Of a DNA stretch of 64,000 bases, positions 25,851 to 39,531 are shown in pieces. The DNA comes from Octopus vulgaris. Taxonomy: Eukaryota. The stretch covers positions 51,708,001 through 51,772,000 of the forward strand of contig OX597829.1 in assembly GCA_951406725.2 (NCBI GenBank). Reading direction: 5' to 3'. The position numbers were made by a program, and so were the translations under genes. The stretch's first letter is position 1; each line of letters opens with the position of its first letter. Under the pieces are notes generated by a model, which saw only the letters and a program-made list of their open reading frames with translations, ran no database searches and was not told where the DNA came from.

Positions 25851-27204
25851 CTAATCAGTTAAAAGACAATGTTTCAATATAGTAAACATAAATATAGTTT
25901 GGGAATGATTTTTCTTTTTACTGTACAAAAGCTTCCTGTCACAACAGAGTTCAAATACTAATTTATGGTAGATGTAACATATTTTGTACCCAGATCAGAA
26001 AGCCTGGAAATCTTAAAGCTCAACCCGAGTTTAACCCAGAAGATAAAAAAAATTAAATTAAAATCATTTGTGTACATGTGTTTGTATATACATATGTATA
26101 CACAATTGCGTATGCATACATATATAAATATATATGCAATTTCTTCTATAGTCATTTCCAAAAGACTTGTAAAGAAAAAGATTAATTTTTAAGTACAAAT
26201 TTAATGTTATATACATTCTCTACAGCATGTTTATGTACAAGAAACATGAATTGATGCTTGCTATGGGATTTAGTCTAGAACAATTTCTCAGAAATGCTTT
26301 GGTGTTAAAAACACATGCTCCGAACGATGTCAGCAGACTCAGACACCAGAGTTTTGGCATAATTTCACCTCTTCAGCTTTTAGAGTTAGCAAAGCAAGGA
26401 ATTTCTATCAGTTCAGTCCTATAAAGAAACAAAAGTCTCTAGGTAGGGACAAAATAACTGAGGAAGTATTTGACATTGAGCAGGTGAAACACGCCCCAGA
26501 TGTCATTTTGAGCAGGTTTTCAACAGAAAAAGTTCTTGAAAAGTTATTCTGAGTCTGAACCCTGCAGCAAGTATCGTTCCATATGTGCTATAGATAATGT
26601 ACACACTGTTTTGATCTCTGCTGTTTCAAGTGGATAAACTGATTTAACTACAAATGTAATTTAAGATTTTTAAATTTCAACCCTTCTGTTGCCATATTTC
26701 TGTTTAAATATATTGCCTTTGATTCATTTAATCCTGAAAGTAACAAAGAATTTAGAAAAATAACTTGGTCGTTATTAGGCTACTGTTTAGAACACAAATT
26801 AACATGAAATTTTAATGGAAGGTTTTAATTTGGATCAATTTAAAACAGAAAAGGTATCAACTCAGAACAAAGGGTGGTCTCATGTAGGTTAAAAACCAAA
26901 TGGACTAAATATGAACACTCTTAAAATGACTATGTATCATAGTCACAGACAGGTCAGTATCAAAAGGGCTAAAAAAAGGGAGCAAACTAATATTTGAAGT
27001 AAACTTTAACAAAAATAATAAATAAATAAATAAATTGTATAGCTAGTATTTTAAGTCATAAAATAAAGGTTTCATTTTCCAGGAGGAACATTCTCAAACA
27101 TTTTAGAATGGGCAAAAGATTTTAATACAACTGCATTTAAAACTACATTCTGCAAACTGGAATGAAATGATGAATTATGCAAGAGCCCTAACTCAAACCA
27201 TATT

Positions 27205-28442
27205 CAGGGGTTGGTCAAAATAATGGAAGCACCTAGCATCATAATTTTGAAATATCTATAAAACTGTCAAAAGCTTGTTTATTTTTATGATGTTTTTTGA
27301 TTTATTATTAGTGTTGCTTAATATGTTTTGCTAAAATTGCTGATTCTTTTCAGATATCATCAGAAAAAGGTAATTAAAATTCATTAAAATGACAGATCTA
27401 TCAGACTTTCAAAGAAGTCAAATTGTTGGTACTTGTATGGCAGGCACTAGTGTAACGAAAACAGCCGAAATGTTTGCTGTACCAAGAAGTACTGTCTCAA
27501 AAGTAATGACAGCCTTCGAGAAAGAGGGAAAAACCTCCTTGTCTAAACAAAACTCTGGAAGAAAGCCAAAACTGTCAGGGATCGTTGGACAATTATGCAA
27601 ATTGTTAGAAAGGATCACAAAAGTACAGATCCCCCCATTACTGCAGAGCTTAATGACCACTTCAAGAACCTAGTTTCCACAAAAACTGTTCACTGGGAGC
27701 TGCACAAAGCCGGATTACATGCAAGGGCTGCAATCAGAAAACCACTACTTTCAAAAGCAAACATTGCAAAGCGTTTAAAGTGGAGTAAAAACCTACAGAA
27801 TTGGTCCCTAGGGCAGTGGAAGAATGTTATTTTCTCGGACAAGTCATCCATTACCTTATTTCTGACCGCCAGCCAAGTATATGTGTGGAGACAGCCAAAA
27901 GAAGCATTTGACCCAGACTGCCTTCTTCCACCTGTGAAACATGGAAGATCTGTGATCTTGGAAATCTGCCGGCCCAATGGTTTCCCTTCATGGCAGAATT
28001 AATAGTGAAGACTAATTAAGCATTTTATCTGATCAAATTCATCCTATGGCTGCAGAACAGTTTCCGGAGGGAAACGCAATCCTTCAGGATGATAACGCAC
28101 CATTTCACACAGCTAAAGTTGTTACTGAATGGTACGAGGAACATTCTAGTGAAGTTGAACATCTTATCTGGCCACCACAGTCCCCAAATTTCAATATTAT
28201 TGAACATTTATGGTGCATTTTAGAAAAACAATTAAGGAGTCAATATCTTCCACCATCATCACTACAAGAACTGGAGACTGTTTTAGCTGAAGAATGGACA
28301 AAAATTCCTTTGGAAACAATTCAAACTTTGTATGTGTCCATACCTCATAGAATTCAAGCTGTAATTACTGCCAAAGGCGGTCCTACTCATTAAAATAAAT
28401 TTGAAATTTTAAGGGTGTTTCCATTATTTTGTCCAACCCCTG
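27205..28442 (+). mobile_element. Full-length Tc1-type transposon, DD36E, frameshifted transposase 27389-28393
   Basis: ~29-bp TIRs CAGGGGTTGG(T/A)CAAAATAATGGAA(G/A)CACC; TA on the right flank; motifs VIFSD, QDDNAPFH, WPPQSPNFNIIE. Confidence 0.93.
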
Positions 28443-28857
28443 TATAGTGATTTCCTCTCACGCCACTATGTTTATACATTCCATCTATCCATTGTTATCT
28501 ATTATGTTATAAGCCATCAGGGCCCATTGATGATGTCTTGCATTTGCAAGAACATGGTTAACAGATTATGAGGTGTCACTTTGCATTAGAAGTAATTTGT
28601 TGTTATTTGAGTGGACACGAAATGAAAGACACAATGTGCCAATGGATCTGAGAATTGAACCCACAATCTTACAATCATGAGGTTGAAAACGTTTTGTTTT
28701 TTAATGATATTACCATTGGTTCCACAAATTCAAATACACACGTACCAATTACTGGAGTAATATTTTTCTTGAAACTAAGAGTACCACCACCACAGAATAT
28801 TTTTAAATTCTGTTAAGAAAAAAAAAAGTGCTTTGTCTGGAATTTATATGGATTATT

Positions 28858-29336
28858 CGTCATTGTTCGACCGTGGTTGAGACAATGGAATTTACCATGC
28901 TACGCCAGACTTCACAGTCCATCATAGCATTACGGAGGTCCTGTTGCTGGATGCCTGTATCCCTGGAGATTACATCAGGGTAGGAGAGTGTGCGCCCTCT
29001 GGAATCACGAGTAGATGGCTTCCAGAGGAGAAGAGTGGAAATTACCTCTTTTTCAGCTCTACAACAATGTTCAGCAAACTGAACTCTTCTACTTTTCACA
29101 AGAGATGACACAGGTGGTAGTTTCCCATATATTTGTACTTTGGTTGGATGGCGCTTCCACGAGAGATTTTGAGCTCTCATAAGGAGGCGAGTGTAGGTTC
29201 CATCCAACCGCCTCTCAAGCTTCTTTGATAACGTCCAGGTTTCTGAGCCATATAGTAGAATTGGTTCGACTGTGGCTTTGGAGATTTTAAGTTTGAAGTC
29301 TCTACTTAGATTTGATGACCACATCTTATGCATGTC
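28858..29336 (-). mobile_element. 5'-truncated RTE-like LINE with a 10-bp TSD
   Basis: ORF 28860..29333 (ILLYGSETWTL...RVQFAEHC); atggattatt at 28848-28857 and 29337-29346. Confidence 0.9.
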
Positions 29337-29927
29337 ATGGATTATTAACCTTATCTGTCTTTAGAAAAGCCATTACCTGAGCTTAACTTTATTTGCTATA
29401 TGCACCCCTAACAGCTGACCTTGATCTTGTGACAAGGGTAGTAGGGTCAGCTAGGAAACACACATGCAGAGCATTAATAAACACTATAAATTAATGACTA
29501 TTTCATATAACTGGCTGAAACCCTTTAGCCTTCAAATTATTCTGTCAAAAGCAATGCTTATGCATTCACACCGTTTTTGATTTAATCAAGCTTTATCTCA
29601 TAGCTTTGAGATTTCAATGATGTGATTCTATATTTTTAGAATGACATTGTATGGTATGTATGAGGGGCCAGTTTATGATCTGGCTAGTTTAAACATAAAG
29701 CAAATAGATTTAAGAGTCAAGCACAGAGTTCAGGGCCCACTAATTTTCACAATAGCTGGTTGATAAGAGATTTGATCTCAGCTTAAACATACTTTCATTT
29801 CTTAACTACTTCACATGTTCATCTATTTGTATTATTGGTATAAAAAAAATAACCTTTCAATAACTTGGAAAGAACCCTCCCCTCCAAGAAAAAAAAAAGA
29901 AGCCATTTGTTGAAATTCAATACTCAC

Positions 29928-29990
29928 CCTTCAGCCTCATTAGTGGTCTATTTACTGCTGAATTATCTTTTTCTAAAGACCTCCAAAATG
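29928..29990 (-). CDS. ZCCHC7: ZCCHC7 exon
   Basis: tttcag|TFWRSLEKDNSAVNRPLMRLK|gtgagt; the only open frame is the phase 1-1 frame required. Confidence 0.8.
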
Positions 29991-30489
29991 CTGAAAGGTA
30001 AGCAGAACAAAAAAAGTTACAAGAAAATAAATCTAAAAATGTAATGCTGTACCTGATGAAACCCCTTCTTCACAGAAAGAAGCTTACTTAAAAGCAACAG
30101 TAATAACAAATGGCAATCTTTACATCCAACTGAACAGGGATGTTGTGTTAGAACACACAATACTGCATTACTTATCTTGAGAGAACCTCTCATAGGGATT
30201 TGTGGTGCATAAAAACACTCCAATTTATATCACTGATAGACAAGAATTGTCTGCTATAGCTGCTGGAACTACCAAATCATGTGATTTCACTGCTTTGCAC
30301 TCCTCAGTGGCAGATGTCTGGTAGCAATGCAGTATTTGGTGTTCTAGCAAAATATGCATGTTAAGTTGGACATAAAGATTGCCTAATTTAATACTTGCAT
30401 TCATACACTTGATATTCCACCTGCAATGCAGTCGTTTTAGACATGGAAATTTTTTAATACATTTAAGATTTAAAAGAAAAAAAATTGCG

Positions 30490-31375
30490 TCTTGTACACC
30501 AGCATACATGGTATTCAGATTTGCGTATGGCAGTTGTACAGGTACAACAGACACTACAAATGTACAGAAAATAGACTCCATCAAATGCCAATGGAGTAAG
30601 CTAGAGGTAGTTGATAGTTTTCGTTATCTAGGTGACCAAGTCAGTAGTGGAGGTGGATGCTCCGAGAGCATAACTGCTAGAATAAGAATAGGCTGGGCAA
30701 AGTTCAGAGAGCTCCTACCTCTGTTGGTAACTAAGGACTTCTCCCTCAGAGTGAAAGGTAGACTGTATAATGCCTTCGTGTAAACAACCATGCCACATGG
30801 CAGTGAAACAGGGGCTGTGACTGCAGAGGACATGTGAAGGCTTCAAAGAAATGAAGTCAGTATGCTTCGCTGGATGTGCAATGTCAATGTGCATGTATGA
30901 CAAAGAAAAAAACTGGGCATAGGCGGCATTAGATGTGGTGTGCAAGAGAGACGAATGTGCTGCTATGGTCATGTGATGGGTATGGACGAGGTCAGCTGTA
31001 TAAAGTGCCGAGCTCTAATTGTGGAAGGAACCTGTGAAAATGGTAGGCCCAGAAAGACACAGGACAAGGAGGTGAAGCATGATTTTCGAATGTTGGGCTT
31101 CATAGAGGTGATGACAAGTGACTGAGTGAGACCTTTGGCATAATGCTGTGAAATAGTAGTAATGGCCATTCTCAGTGTCATGTGAATGGCACCCATGGAA
31201 CTGTAGTCGTGGCCAATGCCACATAAAAAGTACCCATTACACTATGAGTGGTTGGCGTTAGGAAGGGCATCCAGCCATAGAAACACTGCCAGATCCGACT
31301 GGAACTTTGTGGCTCACCTGTTTCGGTCAAACTGTTTAACCCATGCCAGCATGGAAGGCAGACATTAAATGATGG
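30490..31375 (+). mobile_element. RTE LINE 3' coding remnant plus 3' UTR
   Basis: LEVVDSFRYLGD, ARIRIGWAKFRELLPLL, GRPRKT, with stops; followed by the common ggaagggcatccag repeat. Confidence 0.88.
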
Positions 31376-32341
31376 TTTATCTGTATGTATTGCATAATAA
31401 TGATAGATGGAAACTAGGCAATGTTTCAAAATAAGAGAGAGGCAGGAGGAAGAAGAAATAACAGTTGAAATTCAGAAGTGCAAAATTAATGAAGTCATTA
31501 TTCAGGAGACATCTTATATTGTTGCAGAAAATTTCGATTATGCATTTTTGTTCAATTGTTCACCATTCATTTTCCAGGATAATGAAGATCTTATGAAGTC
31601 AAGTCATTAACATATTTAATTCAGACATCAAAGATCTAATTTGAAATAACTTATACAGTAACAAAAGGACTATGTTTGGATTAAGCTGTTTAGTCCTGGG
31701 ACTACTCTGATCAAAAAGACAGACCTACAATCAAGGGTATTTCTACCTATGAATTATACTGTCTTTTCTGAGTACCCTGGACAACTTATCCAGGGTATCA
31801 TTTTATAAGGATACATTAGGGTGTGGTTATAAGGACACAGTGGAATGTGGAACATGGTTTTTGTGGGATGTAGTCATGTGACCACATAGGGGCTCCCTCA
31901 CTGGCTCATGAGTAAAGCAATTTATTGCTGGGAGACAGCATTTAATCAGAACGGTAAACAAAGCAGTTACTTGGCAAAGAGTAAATACCATAACATGAAT
32001 GCATGCAATGAGGTCCAGGGTTCAATCCTACTTCACTGTTGTATCTTGGGTATCACTTCAGGTTAACCCAAACCTTATTAGTGAAATTGGGTGTAAAAAG
32101 AAAAAAAAGAAACCTCACTGAACAGATTGTACCAGTAATTCAAGAGGTTCATACCCGTGACACTGATTTGACCTAGAATAATAAGAGTACACGTACATGT
32201 ATTTGGAATACTCAACCACCGACACGTTAATTCAATGAGTAGGTAGTGCTTATTTGATTGAAGAACCAAATATTCAACAGGAATACTATATGAAGGAATA
32301 CATTAAAGAACAGATGCCCTTTGAAGAGATTGGAAACTTAC

Positions 32342-32481
32342 TTGGATCAACAGTCTCTGTTTCGAGGTCAGTTTGAGAACCATAATGGATATAACTATAC
32401 AGTTCGCTCTCTATTTCCTTTAATCTTTCTGCTTCTTCCTCTTCTTCATCCTTCTCATCATCATCATCGAATTCATCATAC
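32342..32481 (-). CDS. ZCCHC7: ZCCHC7 exon, acidic N-terminus
   Basis: YDEFDDDDEKDEEEEEAERLKEIESELYSYIHYGSQTDLETETVDP; ExxLYSxIHY is the ZCCHC7 N-terminal motif; AG/GTAAGT boundaries. Confidence 0.9.
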
Positions 32482-34404
32482 CTGAAGATACAATAGAAAT
32501 ATAAGTTACTGCCATCTGAGGGTTTCTCATTTACAGCAGAATGGACAGGAACAATGTGAAAGGTAGTGTTTTTTGCAAGAACAATGCATCGCCTGGTCTG
32601 GGAATTGAAACCATGTTGCAAGCATGAGTGTAACACGCTAAGCACTAGTCCACCATACAGTATATAAGATTTGTTTTTATTTTTAAATATTTACTGAGTA
32701 TAAGATTTTAAAAATTGTGGAATGGAAACCATTCTTAACTGTAACCTATTTCTTTATTACCCACAAGGGGCTAAACACAGAGGGGACAAACAAGGACAGA
32801 CATAGGTATTAAGTCGATTACATCGACTCCAGTGCATAACTAGTACTTAATTTATCGACCCCAAAAGGATGAAAGGCAAAGTCGACCTCGGCAGAATTTG
32901 AACTCACAACGTAACGACAGACGAAATATGGCCACGCGTTTCGCCCGGCGTGCTAACGTTTCTGCCACCCCTGTAACCATTTAGTCAGAACCAACAATGC
33001 CCATGATCTGGAAAGTAGCTCAACCCAAACTAATTAGATTAATACAGTTGATTTTGAATTTCGATAGGAAGCAGAAAGTGGTAAAGTGATTTGTTTGTTT
33101 AAACAGAATAAATTTTATATCATCAAATGAAGACATATAAATTAGGAGTTTCTCACACCTATCCACCCAACACCAATAGACACTTCATCTTCACAGCATT
33201 AAATTCATTCCACTATGAAGTGTATAGCTTTTTCTTTACAGAACAGAACTAGTCTTCTTAGATTCTATTTCACTGTTAGCTTCTCAGTCTTTTGGCTAAG
33301 GTTAAAGTGGAATACATTTAGTCAGCTGTTCAGTGAGCAAGAGAGAAGGCATATGGTTCAGTGGCTACAGTTTCAAGCTTACAATTGTGAAGTTGTGAGT
33401 TCCATTCTTGGACTGGGGTGAGTGTTGTGTTCTTGAGCAGGTTTCATGTTGCTCCAGTTCACTCATCTGTAGAAATGAGTTGTGGCATCACTGGTGCTAA
33501 GCCTTTGCCAACATTGGTGGTATCGAGAAGAGAGGCTGGTATGCATAGACAACTGCTGGTCTTCTACAAACCACCTTGCCTGGACTCGTGTCTCAGAGGG
33601 GAACTTTCTAGGTGCAATCCCATGGTCATTCATGGCCGAAGGGGGTCTTTGTTGCTCTCAGCAAGTGAGAGACACAGGAATGATGATAAAGACAAATGTA
33701 TCATACGGGCTATAGTGGAGGTGTTTTGTAGTTTACCTGATTAGAAGTCTAAATGAAATAAAGAAGAAAACGTTTGTTGACTAGAGATTGTGGTGTATTG
33801 AGGAGCAGTTAATTAAATGGCCTCGAAATTTTTGAGGGAGCAAGAATAATCTGGAAAGTGTTGAAAACACCAGGTTGTGAGAATAGTTCAATTTGAACTA
33901 CTCTTATTCGTGTGCTTAACAGAGGATCAGCAACTAACCAATATTGGAATATTTTTTAATATTCTCAAGAGGAAATATCTAGCTTTTGCAATGCAATTTT
34001 AGCAAGGTTAGACGTGTAGTTACAATATGTAGCATTTCCCGCAAAGTTGCTGTGAGATAAGCAGTTCTATTTCATTTGGCAAATATTGTCACACACACAC
34101 ACACATACTTGCATTCCTAAAGCAAACCGAGTCAGAACATGTTTAAACTGGGCTAAAATCCCATGGTATTGTAAACAAAAAATATTTTAAAAAATGAATT
34201 GCCAACTCATCCATATTACTCATAGCGGTTTTAAATGTTACTATAAAACCTGTGTACCTCAAAACTAAAAAATTCTGCTAAGTTTGACTTGCAAACGTTT
34301 GTTCCTTTAAGCTCCATACTGGGCTTCTAAACAGAAACGTTTGTAGAACATTCAGGTAGAAATAAATTTTGTTAATTACAAATTTTAAAAGTTAAAATAC
34401 TTAC

Positions 34405-34445
34405 AGCTCATAAGATTCGTCTTCATCACTAATACGGGGCAACAT
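34405..34445 (-). CDS. ZCCHC7: ZCCHC7 first coding exon (MLPRISDEDESYEL)
   Basis: acceptor ttttcag at 34451, ATG at 34445, GTAAGT donor at 34404; phase 2 fits the next exon. Confidence 0.8.
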
Positions 34446-35602
34446 TTTCACTGAAAAGCAAAACAATTTCCTTTTATATGAAGTTGAGTGAGATTTTCTT
34501 CAAACGAGTTCAAATGAAATCATTTCTATACTTCTAATGAATTAGTCGTTAGTTAACTAGCGAGTATATTGTAAAAAGAGTGAAGACAGTGGTAAAGTTA
34601 CCTTAAACATAAAATAGAATCCTTATTTATTAATCTAGATTAACAAAATAACTATTTACGGTATATGTGAGGGGGGGGGATAGCAAAGAAAAAAAAATGC
34701 GATCATCATAACATTAAGCCAGGGCACAAGGAAAAATATGTAACACGATTTAGGATAACTGCAATTAGCTGATGGGTATAATCCAATAATTAGTATGATA
34801 GAGTTGGAAGTTTAAACTATTCCGTAGCGGTGACAGACATATAATTCATAGAGATATTAATTTAATTTACTATAACCATAAGAGAATTCCGGGAAACCGG
34901 AGGATAAAAGTTAGCCTCTCAAATATGGTGACCATTGAATCTATTTGACAGTAAAATTAACTGGCGTTGGTAGCAATATACAATTTATTTTCTTGGTTAA
35001 AAAGTAATTTATTTGGATTAAAATATATCAGTTTTCTTTAATAAAAGAAATATCGAGGGGAAGCAAAACTGAGTGGACATAAGGCGCATACGAAAGGCTA
35101 ACATTAAGCATCCAAGATGCACCAATTCATATAAATACCAGAGTATTAAGAATACCCAACGTTATCCTATTAAAAAAATATACATAAATGCTATTATAAT
35201 GCAAACGGGAGTTTGTCAACAAAACTGGGAAAGTAAAAGAAATGTTAAAACGGCTAAATGTGTAGAGAAATTTGGAAGTTTTAAAGTAACCATTGAAAGA
35301 AGAAACTTGGGGTGGGTAAATATGAAAACATAAACAATCGGTCAACTGTGCAACAACAAATAATAAACAACGGGGTTTCTAGATTCATAAAGTAAGTTAA
35401 TAATTTATGAGAGAAGAAAAAAAAAGAGACACGAAGAAGATATTTGATGAATGGATATCAGAAATTACTGGTTTAAAAGACGAAGCTGATTGTGTAGATA
35501 AGTGTATAATGAGGTTATAATTAAGATTTTATATATAATTAATTTTTTTTTCTCTCCTTGTTTAGTGATAGGAATAGAATCTAACAACATAAATTAACTT
35601 AC

Positions 35603-35827
35603 AAAAGGTAGAATATACGAAAGAGCACGTGAAATGTTAGCAAAAGGTATCATCCTCCCCCCCTAATAAATGAAAAAAAAAATCCACAAACTTTGAGTGA
35701 TTTTTAAGTGAAAATATAAAAGACTAAAAGTTGTGAAATCTAAAAAAAGTCAGCGTGGTTCACCGTGCGACTCTTAAGTGAGCGGAGTTAGAGAAGAGAG
35801 TCGCCGCGCGACGACGTTGCCAGCAGC
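35603..35827. promoter_or_regulatory. Putative bidirectional promoter / 5' UTRs of ZCCHC7 and CCS
   Basis: CpG-rich patch 35753-35850; minus-strand GTAAGT donor at 35602 suggests a non-coding ZCCHC7 exon 1; CACGTG at 35626. Confidence 0.55.
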
Positions 35828-35845
35828 ATGGACTTCCCCAGCTCG
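35828..35845 (+). CDS. CCS: CCS coding exon 1 (MDFPSS)
   Basis: gcagcATGG start context in a CpG-rich patch; GTGCGT donor at 35846; phase 0 fits exon 2. Confidence 0.75.
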
Positions 35846-38697
35846 GTGCGTGATTTATTTTTTTCTCTTTTAATTCATAATGCTTCAATCATCATCGTTT
35901 TTATGGAACTTTGTTGGACTGCTGATCAATTGCTTTCCTTTAAATTTATTATTTTCTTCTTTTGCTTTTTTTTCATATGGTTCGATACGTAAATATGTTT
36001 CTTTAGAATTGAAACCCTAACTTTCGCCCATTAATTATTATTATTATTATTCCTGTTTTGTCCCTTTATGTAATCATGCGTGTCAGCCCTTGTGGCCAAT
36101 AAAAAAGAATTGATTATTATTATTATTTTACACGATTTTTTTCACAAACGGACAAAACCCTTTGCAACCTTTCGTCTTGTTTTGTTTTGTCCCTTTATGT
36201 TTTCTAATCATGTGTCAGCCCTTGTGGCCAATAAAAAAGAATTATTATTATTATACGATAGGCTTAAAGGGACTGAAATTTGTAGAGGAGAGGTTAGTAA
36301 AGTAAATAAAACTGACGCTGCTGGTACTTAACTGGTTATTTATTTTGCTTTGCGGTATTTCGTCTGTTGTTACGTTCTGGGTTCAAATTCAGCCGAGGTC
36401 GACTTTGCCTTTCACCCTTTCGGGGTCGATGAAATAAGTACCAGTTACGCACTGGGGTTGATATAATCGACTTAATCCGTTTGTCTGTCTTCTCTGTGTT
36501 TAGCCCCTTGTGTGTAGTAAAGAAATAAGTATTTATTTTGACGACCCCGAAAGCATGAAAGACAAAGTCGACCTCGGCGACATTTGAACTCTGAATGTAA
36601 AGCGGAATGATGATAATAATAATAATATTGAAGATGATTTCAAATTTTGGCACAAGGCCAGCAATTGTCCCCTCTCTGTAAAACTTTTATGGCGAATAAA
36701 AAAACAGGTACTCAATTTCTCGACCCCGAAAGGATGAAAGGCAAAGCCAACCTCAGCGGCATTTAGACCCAGAACGTAAAGACGAACGAATAATAATAAT
36801 GATTTCTGTTATAGACACAAGACCTGAAATTTGGTAGGAGGGGACTAGTCGATCACATAGCCACCACCACCATCCCTAGTGCCTTACTGGTACTCAATTT
36901 ATCGACCCCGAAAGAATGAAAGGAAAAGTCGACCTCGGCGGAAGTTGAACTAAGAACGTAGCGGCAGGCGAAATAATAATAACAATAATCCGAATCAAGT
37001 ACAAGCTACAACTAAAAAAATTGGTGTGCTCGCACACATCTACAAATTTTTGAAATAATTGTACCTGTTTTTTTTAATCTACACCTTCTGAAAGGTATTT
37101 TGCAGAAAATTTCATTTTCTCATAACTTTTAGAAGAAAGTGTATTTTTATACCCTTCCTTCTAAAAGTTGTGAGGAAGTGGGGGACACACTTATTGCAAG
37201 TTGCCTTGCGTTTTACGTAGGTAAATTTTAAAATTTATTTTATTATTGTTAAAATTAGACTAAAAGAAAATTCAGAAATTAGTAAATTTAACAGGTTCTT
37301 CTCTTTTATTCCAACTTCTTCCACTTCGGAAACGATTCGTGTTTCTTTTAGCAATTTGGAAAAACAAATGAAACTTTATCCACCTTTATGAGTGAAGCAG
37401 ACTAGGGTAATAGAACAACGCAATTAACTTATTCTTTTTAAGTACTTTTTAAAAATTAACAGTTTTTCGCTTAATTTTGGAATTTTATATCCGTTTTAAT
37501 ATCAGTCGTTTATGTACAAATTCTTAAAACTAATAATAAAGTTTTGTTTCGTGAAGTGTGGTTACTGGATACAGACTTGGCAAGATAAACAAAATTTTGG
37601 AAGTTCCATCTTGGATAACTCACTATATTTTCTTCCTTGATTTCTGGAAAGAAAACTCATAAATTCTGTCCTCATAGTGTGCGCACACTATCACTTTCTA
37701 AGCGCATGATTAGTACACATATGGTCACTCTCACTTCATTTTTCACTCCCTTTAGCAAAGAAAATTGAATTACACTCAAGAATCTATATATTCTTGAAAT
37801 TTAGAAATGTCGATTTTTGCCAATTGTTTTGCAGGTTCGTATTCCCTGTAGCCGAAAGGGAGAGGTTTGTGTCGAAAAAAAAATGATTTTAAGGGTGGTT
37901 TTGGGGGACGGCGGACGGAAAACTTTCCTTCTTTTTGCATCTAGGATACCGTTAGTTCTTTGTATGCTCCTTTTGGGTCTCTGAAATCATACTTCAAAGA
38001 TTCGGCGGCGTTTCTTCGGTCAGGTCTTGCTTACAAGCTTGCTTGCTTTTAGTCAACGAACTAATAAAATAACTATCCAGACTAAACATCAACTGAATCG
38101 ATTTCCCAATCTAAAGCGGTGAGGAGGCATCAAATGTCATGAGCTTCTCTTTCGACTAAGCGGTGAAGTGAACTTTTCACTCGGTATTTGAAATGTTGTT
38201 TTACAAAAGATGGGTATAAATCTGTAAACTACTTGTAACTATTCGTTACTTTGGCGCTACCACCTGCCAGAAATCAAGGGAAAAAGTCATTTTTTGAAGA
38301 CTTTAGCTGATAAGTTTGCATTCCAGTTACATGGTCTCGGGTTCAGTCCCACAGCGTGGCACCTTCTACTGTAGAAGACGGGCTTGATTTTTTTTGTTTG
38401 ATTTCACTTTCCGAAATTTTAAAATTAAGTGAAATTTTTCAAATTTGGAATATTGATGTCATTTTTCACGTTGAATCTGATGTTATTCATTTGTTCTTGA
38501 AAAATTTTAGAAAAGAGTTACAGAAGTTTAAAGTCTGATAATTTTTGTCTAAGAAATCAGGATTTGGAAGCTAGCATTTTATGCGCAATGACACCATTAC
38601 GACGACAAAACATTTGATGATTGAAGTTATAATAACTTAAGTCATATAATGCTAAAATTACCCCTCTCCCCCCAAAATGGTTAAATTACTAAAAAGC

Positions 38698-39044
38698 AGG
38701 TACTTCTTGGTTATCTCACCTCCATTCAAAAATTTAGTTATCTCCCCCGTTATACGAGATGTATTGATACTTTTGGTCATCTCCCTCAACTAAAAAAATT
38801 GTTTAACCCTCAATAAAACGGGGGAAAAATGAAAACTTAAAATATTAATAACATGAAAACTGAAAAGATTAAACATTTTATTGAATCTAATAACATTTTT
38901 ATAACAAATCATGCCATTCTTATTGAGGAGGCCAAAAGTCACCAATGTGTTGAAGTATTGAATCGAAAGGATCTAACTCCTTAATCCAATCTCTTGTCGC
39001 CGAATAAACTGAATTTTTAGTGGGGAGATAACCATAAAGTACTG
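38698..39044. mobile_element. Possible MITE
   Basis: imperfect ~24-bp inverted termini caggtacttcttggttatctcacc / ggggagataaccataaagtactg. Confidence 0.45.
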
Positions 39045-39402
39045 AAAAGCAATCTGAACGTTAGATGACCAAAAAAAAATAGTTCAGTTCATTTAACAAT
39101 TGAACTGCCGGAAAAGTCAATGAAAATGAATTTCATTTTAATCATCAGCATACAAAACTACATCACTACACTGAATTTGAAATGAACTGGAACAACTCTA
39201 ACCTTAATTCCTTCAAGCAAAATTGAAGGAATTGAACTGTGAAAGTCAAACAGAAAAGATCCAATAGGATTCTTTCAGTTTCCATCAGCCAAATCCACTC
39301 ACAAGGTTTTAAAACTATATAGAAGACACTTGCCCACAGTGGAATTGAACCCAGAAGTATGTTTTTGGGAAGGAAGCTTATTACCACACTGCTGCCATGC
39401 CC

Positions 39403-39531
<129 letters not shown>

